Made by a program: the position numbers and the translations under genes. DNA of 32,000 nucleotides from Nostoc punctiforme PCC 73102 (lineage in GTDB: Bacteria; Cyanobacteriota; Cyanobacteriia; Cyanobacteriales; Nostocaceae): assembly GCF_000020025.1 (NCBI RefSeq), contig NC_010628.1:3030001-3062000 (forward strand), given 5' to 3'. The notes beneath the pieces are model-generated. The model saw nothing but the letters and a program-made list of their open reading frames with translations. It had not been told where the DNA came from and did no database searches. Shown piece after piece: positions 9,104 to 16,808 of the stretch (positions are counted from its first letter, which is position 1; the number at the start of each line of letters is the position of its first letter).

Positions 9104-10216
9104 ATGTTTATGAAAAAAGAATGGGAATTAGGTTCTGAATTTGATTGGTCAAATGAGTTTTTAATGGCATCTAAAACTAACAATTTTCTACCTAAGATAT
9201 ATGAACTTTTTTCCACTGGTACAGCTTGTCTGATTTCTCTCAACAATCTATTAAATCAGAATCAAGGGCGTCAGCTACGACTGCATTTACCATCTTTTTC
9301 ATGCATGGATTTTGCAACAAAACTCAAAAAATATTTTGAGATATGTTGGTATCGAGATTTGCCAACTCAAGAATCCCCAGATTTTAACTCCCTCAATACT
9401 TTCCCAGGTGATTTAGTTTTAGCAGTTAACTTATTTGGGGTTAGACAAAGAAAATGTTGGCAAGATTGGCTATCTAAACATAATGAGATTATCTTAATTG
9501 AAGACCATAGCCACGACCCTTTTTCTTCTTGGGCACAGCAAAGTAATGCTCACTATGCTATAGCTTCTCTACGTAAAACTCTGCCAATCCCAAATGGAGG
9601 TATTATCTGGTCACCCCAAAATATTAAGTTGCCAAAAGCTTCTTCAGAATCACCAGCTAGTTGTAAAAAACTGACTGCTATGCTGTTAAAACGAGCTTAT
9701 ATTAGTGGTGCAAATATCTCGAAAGATATCTATCGGCGACTAGAGATTGAAAGTGAGGAAGAGCTTGATTGCGAAACTAATTATGCAGCTTCAACTTTCA
9801 CTTCTAATATTTTAAACTGCCTGAATATTGGAGAATTTAGGCGAAAAAGGGAAAGAAATGTCAAACAATTTTTAGCTTGGATATCAATTACAAACCATCC
9901 TAATTGGACACCCATTTTTACCTCTTGGCCCGATGGTTCTGTGCCATTCAACAGTATAATCGTCTGTAAAGATCCAGAAAATCGAGAAGCTTTACGTAAC
10001 TACTTAATAAGTCAAAATATATTTCCACCGATTCATTGGCCGCAAACGCCAGAAAATTCATCTAATGATCCTTTAGCAATAGATTTGTCAAAACGCATTT
10101 TAACAATACCAACTGATCAACGTTACTCTTTAGATGATATTAGTCGTGTGGCAGCGAAATTTCGAGAATTTTTTCAACAATATGACAATCTTGCTATCTC
10201 TATGATTGGAGGATGA
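9104..10216 (+). CDS. Hypothetical protein, possibly a divergent DegT/DnrJ/EryC1-fold (PLP-type) enzyme
   Basis: The 370-aa ORF is AT-rich. It shows a weak but collinear resemblance to sugar aminotransferases: STGTACLISL (cf. SGTAAL), AVNLFG (cf. VHLYG), LIEDHSHD (cf. IEDAAxA) and ASLRKTLPIPNGG (cf. SFxxxKxxxxGEGG, a candidate PLP lysine). Confidence 0.45.
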   Translation: MFMKKEWELGSEFDWSNEFLMASKTNNFLPKIYELFSTGTACLISLNNLLNQNQGRQLRLHLPSFSCMDFATKLKKYFEICWYRDLPTQESPDFNSLNTFPGDLVLAVNLFGVRQRKCWQDWLSKHNEIILIEDHSHDPFSSWAQQSNAHYAIASLRKTLPIPNGGIIWSPQNIKLPKASSESPASCKKLTAMLLKRAYISGANISKDIYRRLEIESEEELDCETNYAASTFTSNILNCLNIGEFRRKRERNVKQFLAWISITNHPNWTPIFTSWPDGSVPFNSIIVCKDPENREALRNYLISQNIFPPIHWPQTPENSSNDPLAIDLSKRILTIPTDQRYSLDDISRVAAKFREFFQQYDNLAISMIGG

Positions 10217-11184
10217 AAAGTAATTCAAAATTCAAGAATTTATTGTTGTTCGCACAATTTTTTGAAGTTTTGAAAGTAAGCAGGATATATTACATGAAAA
10301 CTTTTACTTACAAATTCTCACAAGATCAGCTAGCTCTTTTACCCACAGAGTCAGATATTGCTTTTTATGAAGAACACGGCTGGTTTATTAGCAAAAAAGT
10401 TATACCTGATGAGATTATAGATGAAGCGATCGCAGGTAGTGAAAATTTTTATCGCGGAGAGCGAGACGCAACACTTCCCTATAGTACTGGTTACAGCGAC
10501 TGGAAGCCTGGAGATGGAGACGCTGTACGCAATAATCAACATGTTTCTTATCGGAAAAAAGAACTACGCAAGCTCGTTCTTCAACCAATTGTTGGGGCGA
10601 TCGCTGCGAAACTAGCTAGAACTACAGAAATTCGATTATTTGAAGATACGCTAGTCTATAAGGCACCCATCACGATTAGCGATCGAGGAGGCGTAGTTGG
10701 CTGGCATACCGATTACTCTTATTCTTCTAACTGCACCTCTAAAAAAATGCTTTCCGCTTGGATACCTTTCCAAGATATTGATGAAAATAAAGCACCACTC
10801 GTTGTTCTTGATGGTAGCCATAAGTGGTCAGATACCGAACATCTGCGTTGCTTCAATAACCAGAATCTCAAAGAGATAGAAGAGAAATTTACCCAAAAAG
10901 GACGAGAGATTGTTGAAGTACCTATCATTCTGAAGAAAGGTCAAGTTAGCTTTCACCACTGTTGTACTATTCACGGTAGCTATCCCAATTGCAGCAATTC
11001 AGTACGCTTGGCATTTGCTTTATATTTACAGGACTATGCCAATCGCCATCAACCTTTTTGGAATAACAAAGAACAAATTCACCACTTTCTTGACAGTATG
11101 TGTCGCAAACTGCCTAATGGTAATCCAGATTATAGCGATCCAGCAATATTTCCTATTTTGTGGTCAGCAGAAGATAGATATTAA
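10213..11184 (+). CDS. PhyH-family Fe(II)/2-oxoglutarate-dependent dioxygenase
   Basis: WHTDYSY supplies the H-x-D of the facial triad, and CCTIHGSYPN supplies the distal His, with PhyH-like spacing. The longest ORF starts at an ATGA overlap with the upstream stop (10213). ATG 10294 (MKTFTYKF, preceded by AGCAGGA) is a plausible alternative start. Confidence 0.78.
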   Translation: MKSNSKFKNLLLFAQFFEVLKVSRIYYMKTFTYKFSQDQLALLPTESDIAFYEEHGWFISKKVIPDEIIDEAIAGSENFYRGERDATLPYSTGYSDWKPGDGDAVRNNQHVSYRKKELRKLVLQPIVGAIAAKLARTTEIRLFEDTLVYKAPITISDRGGVVGWHTDYSYSSNCTSKKMLSAWIPFQDIDENKAPLVVLDGSHKWSDTEHLRCFNNQNLKEIEEKFTQKGREIVEVPIILKKGQVSFHHCCTIHGSYPNCSNSVRLAFALYLQDYANRHQPFWNNKEQIHHFLDSMCRKLPNGNPDYSDPAIFPILWSAEDRY

Positions 11185-11220
11185 ATAGTCAAATGTAGCA
11201 AAATAAATAGGGATAATCAC

Positions 11221-12300
11221 ATGAATTTACAAGTACAAATAATTGAATTGACCAACGATTTGTGGTTAAAAACCTTGCAAGAAATCCGTCATGATTTTTA
11301 CCATTTGCCTGAGTATACTTATTTAGAGGCTAAAAGAACTGATACTATCCCCGAGGCTATATTAATAACTGAAGGTGAAAAAAAGTTTTTTGTACCTTAT
11401 TTGCTCAGGAAATGTAATGACATCCTCTTTGAAGGACTACAATCAGCAGATATTTTTGATGTTGTTTCCCCCTATGGCTATCCGGGGATCTTGCTTAGTG
11501 AAGCAGCTATTAACACACCAGGATTTCTAGATGCTGCTCTAGATATGATGAAGCAGGAATTTCACTCTAGAGGGATATGCTCTGCTTTCTTTCGTTTGCA
11601 TCCAATTCTGAATGAGAGTTTCACTAAAGTCTCTCAAACGGAAAATTTTAAACTTACAGGGGAAACAGTCTCAGTTGATTTGAGACTTTCTAACTTGTGG
11701 ACTCACACGAGAAAGGGTCATCGTAGCACAATTAACAAGTGTAAGCGCCTCGGAATGATTGCAAGGATGGTTCCATTCCAAGATTATTTGGACGAATTTG
11801 TTGCAATCTATGAAGAAACCATGAAACGTGTCAATGCAACGACAGGATACTACTCTTTTAATTCCGAATATTTTACTCAAATGAATGATTTGTTAGGTGT
11901 TAGTCTTCATCTATGCATTGTTGAACACGAACATCAGATAGCTTGTGTTGGTTTATATACAGAATGTTGTGGAATTGTGCAAAGCACACTTGGGGGAACA
12001 AGAAATCAGTTTGTTCATTTATCACCGGGTAGTTTAGAAACCGACTATGCAAGATATTGGGCACAGAAACGCGGTAATGAATTTTTGCACTTGGGGGGTG
12101 GAGTTGGTAGTTCAACTGAGGATAGTTTATATATTTTCAAAGCGGGTTTCTCTCAACTAACTCACAAGTTTTTAACATTACGCTTAATAATTGATGAGGA
12201 AAAATATTATAAATTGGTGAACTTAAAAGCGAAAGTTATAGGTAAAACAGCATCAGAATTATTGGAATCAGACTTTTTTCCTGCTTATCGTTCACATTGA
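11221..12300 (+). CDS. FemAB-like / GNAT-fold acyl- or aminoacyl-transferase
   Basis: It is 359 aa. The motifs FYHLPEYTYLE, SPYGYPGILLS, RKGHRSTINKCKRLG and LHLGGGVGSSTEDSLYIFKAGFS follow the pattern of FemAB/Acetyltransf_6-type proteins seen in EPS loci. Confidence 0.6.
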   Translation: MNLQVQIIELTNDLWLKTLQEIRHDFYHLPEYTYLEAKRTDTIPEAILITEGEKKFFVPYLLRKCNDILFEGLQSADIFDVVSPYGYPGILLSEAAINTPGFLDAALDMMKQEFHSRGICSAFFRLHPILNESFTKVSQTENFKLTGETVSVDLRLSNLWTHTRKGHRSTINKCKRLGMIARMVPFQDYLDEFVAIYEETMKRVNATTGYYSFNSEYFTQMNDLLGVSLHLCIVEHEHQIACVGLYTECCGIVQSTLGGTRNQFVHLSPGSLETDYARYWAQKRGNEFLHLGGGVGSSTEDSLYIFKAGFSQLTHKFLTLRLIIDEEKYYKLVNLKAKVIGKTASELLESDFFPAYRSH

Positions 12301-12409
12301 ATGACCACGCTCGGGAAATTATGCTTTTCATCTCTCATATTGGTTAAGCAATTAAGCTTGATAATGCTTCTAGTATTTAAGTTTTGAAAATTTACATAAA
12401 TCATAGTCA

Positions 12410-13588
12410 ATGAAAATTCAACAACCATCCGTTTTAATTCCCGATCCATGCAACAATCCTCTTGCGTACTATGCAATACGCTGTCTTAAACAAGCTAATA
12501 GTGAATTTAATATAAATGTGATTGTTTCCTCTGGCCAAACATTAGATGACAATGAATGGTTATATTTTTACAAGTATTCGGCATATATTGATAATTTAGT
12601 TGTTTCGGCAAATAGCATGAATTCACTAGAGTATTTAGATGAGGTAATTAGGATAATCGAAAATCAAGGAATAAATCTTATATTTCCTGCTTCCGAAGAA
12701 GGCTTTAAGTTTGTTTCAAAATATAGATATAAATTGTCAAAATTTTGTAGAATAGTGGCATTGCCAAGTGAAGAAAATTTAGATGCAGCCTTTGACAAAT
12801 GGAAGTTGCACCTTTTATTACAAAAACATAATATCCCAACACCTGAAACAGTTTTACTTAAAGAGATTGAGAATATTAGCCAATTTAATTATCCTGTAAT
12901 ACTCAAACCAGTTGATGGAAGTGGTGGAAAAAATATACAAAAATTTGATTCTTTAGAAGAAGAAAATTTTCAGGCTATTTGTAACTATCCCAATGATGTA
13001 TATATTGTTCAAAAATATGTACCTGGTCATGACATAGGTTGTAGTGTTCTTTGTCAGGATGGGCAAGTTCTTGCTTACACAATACAACAGCAATTAGGAT
13101 TAACAGAAGGATTTACTCCCAAAATTGACAAATTGAAATTTGTTCATGATTCTGCTGTTATTGATATAGTCACAAAAACTATGAATGTACTTAAATGGAG
13201 TGGTATTGCTAATTTAGACTTAAGATATAATTCTCAGACAGGACAAATTAATGTTATTGAAATCAATCCACGGTTTTGGCAATCTTTAATGGGTTCTCTC
13301 TCAGTTGGTGTAAATTTTCCGTATATTTTATATTTACTATCAAATAACATCAGTTTTGAGAGAATTTCCTATAAAGAACAATATTATGCTAAATTCCATA
13401 GGTTCATTCAAGATGCTTTCAACGGCTCTTTAGAATATAGTTTGTCTGATACGAATGTTAAATATTTTTTATCAGATCCAAGTGGTATACTCCATTTCTT
13501 ATTTTATAAGCTTATGAAACAGAAGTTATTTCAAAACATGAAAAGTATATTTTCTCTGCAATCTCAAAAAATACAAAACGTTAAATGA
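12410..13588 (+). CDS. ATP-grasp fold ligase
   Basis: It is 392 aa. It carries the glycine-rich loop PVILKPVDGSGGKNIQKF, then VYIVQKYVPG and NVIEINPRFWQS (the E-x-N metal/ATP site). The gene is very AT-rich. Confidence 0.8.
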   Translation: MKIQQPSVLIPDPCNNPLAYYAIRCLKQANSEFNINVIVSSGQTLDDNEWLYFYKYSAYIDNLVVSANSMNSLEYLDEVIRIIENQGINLIFPASEEGFKFVSKYRYKLSKFCRIVALPSEENLDAAFDKWKLHLLLQKHNIPTPETVLLKEIENISQFNYPVILKPVDGSGGKNIQKFDSLEEENFQAICNYPNDVYIVQKYVPGHDIGCSVLCQDGQVLAYTIQQQLGLTEGFTPKIDKLKFVHDSAVIDIVTKTMNVLKWSGIANLDLRYNSQTGQINVIEINPRFWQSLMGSLSVGVNFPYILYLLSNNISFERISYKEQYYAKFHRFIQDAFNGSLEYSLSDTNVKYFLSDPSGILHFLFYKLMKQKLFQNMKSIFSLQSQKIQNVK

Positions 13589-13699
13589 TAAGTAAGTGTA
13601 AAGGTTTTTAAAGTCATCAGGAATACTTTGAGGAATTTCTCATAAAAAAATCTGAATTATTGCAGCCTTATCAGATAATCCAAACTACTGAAAATAATT

Positions 13700-14860
13700 A
13701 TGACTAAACCAATCTTGCTCTCGATTCCACACATGGGCGATCGCGAGCTAAAACTCATCAAAGAAGCTTTTGATACTAACTGGATTGCACCAGTTGGTCC
13801 ACACATCAATGCTTTCGAGGAAGAATTTTGTCAAGTAACTGGGGCTGGGTATGCGGCGGCTGTTAGTTCTGGTACAGCAGCTCTACATTTGGCTTTACGA
13901 TTATTAGGCGTTGAGTCTGGAGATGAAGTTTTTTGCTCTACCCTGACATTTATAGCTACCGCTAATCCAATTGCCTACTTAGGAGCAAAACCAGTATTTA
14001 TTGATAGCGATCGCACTTCTTGGAATATGAATCCTGACTTATTGCAGGAAGCGCTAGAGAACCGCGCACGTTTTGGCAGATTGCCTAAAGCAGTGGTACT
14101 TGTGCATCTGTATGGTCAAAGTGCAGATATCGATCCCATCCTGAAAGCTTGCAATCAATATGACGTTCCTTTAATTGAAGACGCAGCTGAAGCTTTAGGT
14201 GCTACCTACAAAGAGCGTTCCCCCGGAACTTTTGGGCGCATTGGCATTTACTCCTTCAATGGCAATAAAATCATCACTACCTCCGGTGGTGGGATGTTGG
14301 TTTCGGACGATCCACAATTGGTAGCAAAAGCCCGTTTCTTAGCAACCCAAGCGCGCGATTTATCTCCCCATTACCAACATTCGGAAATTGGTTACAACTA
14401 CCGCCTTAGCAATGTTTTAGCTGGTATTGGTCGCGGTCAATTACATCTTTTGAGTGAGCGAGTGGCAGCTAGAAGACGCAACTTTAAGATTTACCAACAG
14501 GTTTTAGGAAATCTCCCAGGCATAGAATTTATGCCGGAAGCTATTTTTGGCCGTGCTACTCGCTGGTTAACCTGTTTAACAATCGATCCAGCAACTTTTG
14601 GAGCAGATCGAGAACAAGTCCGCATCGCACTTGCCGCACAGCAAATTGAAACTCGTCCTGTGTGGAAGCCTTTGCATCTCCAGCCTGTGTTTGCTGAGTG
14701 TGAATATATTGGAGATACAGTCGCTAAAGATTTATTTACACACGGTCTTTGCCTACCTTCGGGATCTAATCTCACAGACGAAGATTTGGAGCAAGTGATT
14801 AATGAAATTCTAGCAGTTCACCATAATAGTTCTAAAACTCATACTTATATGTTTCTATAG
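13700..14860 (+). CDS. DegT/DnrJ/EryC1/StrS-family sugar aminotransferase (PglE/WbpE-like)
   Basis: It is 386 aa. Motifs are SGTAALHLALRLLG, LIEDAAEALGA, YSFNGNKIITTSGGGMLV (PLP lysine) and YNYRLSNVLAGIGRGQL. Confidence 0.92.
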   Translation: MTKPILLSIPHMGDRELKLIKEAFDTNWIAPVGPHINAFEEEFCQVTGAGYAAAVSSGTAALHLALRLLGVESGDEVFCSTLTFIATANPIAYLGAKPVFIDSDRTSWNMNPDLLQEALENRARFGRLPKAVVLVHLYGQSADIDPILKACNQYDVPLIEDAAEALGATYKERSPGTFGRIGIYSFNGNKIITTSGGGMLVSDDPQLVAKARFLATQARDLSPHYQHSEIGYNYRLSNVLAGIGRGQLHLLSERVAARRRNFKIYQQVLGNLPGIEFMPEAIFGRATRWLTCLTIDPATFGADREQVRIALAAQQIETRPVWKPLHLQPVFAECEYIGDTVAKDLFTHGLCLPSGSNLTDEDLEQVINEILAVHHNSSKTHTYMFL

Positions 14861-14865
14861 CAATC

Positions 14866-14937
14866 CGATAGCGAAGCGGTAGTGAGTCAGACGCTCCTGC
14901 GTCGCTAACGCTGCGCTATCGAGCGTCTTTGATTTCT
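14866..14937 (+). terminator. GC-rich structured element just after the last operon gene (candidate intrinsic terminator or dispersed repeat)
   Basis: GACGCTC (14890-14896) pairs with GAGCGTC (14921-14927) and is followed by TTTGATTTC. An alternative outer pairing joins CGATAGCG (14866-14873) with CGCTATCG (14914-14921). The region is an island of high GC in AT-rich spacer DNA. Confidence 0.4.
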
Positions 14938-14958
14938 AAACTTATTTGTGTAGGAGGC

Positions 14959-15035
14959 AATAGGTAATAGGCAATAGGTAATAGGTAATAGGTAATAGGT
15001 AATAGGCAAGAAGTAATAGGCAATAGTCAATAAGG
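14959..15035. repeat. Heptamer tandem array AATAGG(T/C), about 11 units (STRR-like)
   Basis: I read off the units directly: aataggt, aataggc, aataggt x4, aataggc, aagaagt, aataggc, aatagtc, aataagg. Confidence 0.9.
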
Positions 15036-15196
15036 CTCTTTGAGTTGTACTGATTTTTTTCAGAAATCAAATATGACTCCTATATATAATCAGTAGGTGG
15101 GCTTGACAAATTATCTATTTTATTTCTTTTGCTTGTTTGCAATATTGAGTCATTCAAGCTTAATTACATCAATCATCAAAAATCCAATCTAAATTT

Positions 15197-16600
15197 ATGG
15201 AATCTCGAACAGAAAATATTATTACGTTTAATACATATTTGCAAATTTTGAAGCGCCGTAGGTTGTCTTTTATAGTAATATTTTTTCCAGCATTGCTAAT
15301 TTCATTGCTACCTTTGTTATTAAGACAACCTAATTATATGGCAGAGGGAAAGCTGCTGTTCCACAAAACAAATATAACTTCTTCCCTAACGGGAGTAGGA
15401 ACAGAAATAAACAAGCTAGAATCAGTATCTCAGGATCAAACTAATCCTTTAAATACAGAAGCAGAAGTTATACGCTCTATACCTATAGCGCAAAAAGCTA
15501 TAAACAAACTCAACTTGAAGGACGACAAAGGGGAGCTTATAAAACTCCAGGCTTTTCTTAAAAAATTGACTGTGAAAAATATTGATGGAACTGATATTTT
15601 ATTAGTCTCCTATCAAGATACTAACCCGGAAATTGCAACAGAAGTTGTTAATAAATTGATGGATGCTTATTTAGAATATAATATATCCGCTCAGAGGAAT
15701 CAAACTACGGCTGCGCGCAAATTTTTAGAAAAACAGATGCCGAATGCAGAATTAACTGTTCTAAAAGCAGAAGCCGATATCACAAAGTTTAAAGAAAACT
15801 ATAAGAGTGTTTCCCTGCCAGAAGAAGCAAGTAAGGCAGTAGAAAACATTGCAGACTTACAAAAGAAATTTAGTGAAGCTCAATCAAGAATTGCTGATGT
15901 CGATGCACAGTCTAAAGAAATCCGCGAACAATTGGGTATGAACTCTCGACAGGCAATGATTAAGACTTCCCTTAGCCAGATTTCAGGTGTACAAGATATT
16001 CTTAAAGAAATTCAACAATTAGAGTCGCAACTTACACTCAGGCGAACTGTTGTACAAGACACCCATCCGCAAATTCTAGATTTAGAAGACAAGTTAAAGT
16101 CTTTAAACGAGCTACTGCAACAGCGCATAAAAAAAGTTACAGGAACGAATAAACTAAAACTAAATCAAAACTATGAATTAGGAGAGTTACAACAGCAACT
16201 CTCAGCGAAGCTTATAGAATTAGAGTCAACCCGTCTAGGTTTAGAAAGCCAATCTGCTGCTTTATCTAACTTACAATCTAGCTACAAACAACGTCTGAGT
16301 TATCTTCCGAGATTAGAACAACAACAACACCAGTTAGAACGTAAAGCAAAAGTCGCACAATCTACTTATTTACTTTTGCAACAAAAGCTAGAAGAAAGCC
16401 GTTTAGCGGAAAATCAAAACTTAGTTAATGCAAGTATCCTATCCGAAGCTCAAGTTCCTCAACAGCCTATTTCTTCTCCTTTTATGCTTGTGAGTGCTTC
16501 TTTACTGGCTATCCTGGCTACTTTAGTGGCTATCTTTATTTTGGAAGCAACAGATAAATCAATTAAGACTGTTGATGAAACCAAAAGTTGTTGGGATTGA
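15197..16600 (+). CDS. Wzz/GumC-type polysaccharide co-polymerase (chain-length determinant) lacking the tyrosine-kinase domain
   Basis: It is 467 aa. An N-terminal Wzz region with a TM helix (FNTYLQILKRRRLSFIVIFFPALLISLL) is followed by a long coiled-coil. The C-terminal segment is NASILSEAQVPQQPISSPF plus a second TM helix (LVSASLLAILATLVAIFILEATDKSIKTVDE). The ORF stops just where fused Wzc-type proteins continue into the kinase. Confidence 0.85.
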   Translation: MESRTENIITFNTYLQILKRRRLSFIVIFFPALLISLLPLLLRQPNYMAEGKLLFHKTNITSSLTGVGTEINKLESVSQDQTNPLNTEAEVIRSIPIAQKAINKLNLKDDKGELIKLQAFLKKLTVKNIDGTDILLVSYQDTNPEIATEVVNKLMDAYLEYNISAQRNQTTAARKFLEKQMPNAELTVLKAEADITKFKENYKSVSLPEEASKAVENIADLQKKFSEAQSRIADVDAQSKEIREQLGMNSRQAMIKTSLSQISGVQDILKEIQQLESQLTLRRTVVQDTHPQILDLEDKLKSLNELLQQRIKKVTGTNKLKLNQNYELGELQQQLSAKLIELESTRLGLESQSAALSNLQSSYKQRLSYLPRLEQQQHQLERKAKVAQSTYLLLQQKLEESRLAENQNLVNASILSEAQVPQQPISSPFMLVSASLLAILATLVAIFILEATDKSIKTVDETKSCWD

Positions 16601-16693
16601 CTTCATTAGGGATTATTCTTTTTTTTGAGTAAGTAAGTTGGCACAATAAAATCAAACTATGTAATATTAATGAACTAGCCTAAAACCCATCTA

Positions 16694-16728
16694 CCTATTG
16701 CCTATTGCCTATTGCCTATTGCCTTATC
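16694..16728. repeat. Heptamer tandem array CCTATTG x4 plus one degenerate unit, the reverse complement of the 14959-15035 array
   Basis: The sequence reads cctattg cctattg cctattg cctattg ccttatc. The reverse complement of cctattg is caatagg, which is the AATAGGC unit in another phase. Confidence 0.9.
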
Positions 16729-16808
16729 CCAACAACAATTATTTACGCCAACTTACTTGTATTACTGAATTCTAAATGCAAACTTCAGAATCAATTTTAT
16801 GGATCTGC

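Noticed and set aside
1418-12476. Numerous 60-140-aa ORFs on the opposite strand or in alternative frames of the glycan operon. Examples are 1418-1675, 2102-2392, 2146-2382, 2595-2780, 5392-5622, 6764-6985, 7106-7834, 8117-8332, 8370-8603, 8841-9038, 10351-10928, 11671-12115 and 12285-12476.
   Set aside because: All overlap longer ORFs with recognisable family motifs on the plus strand. None has motifs of its own, so they are typical shadow ORFs.
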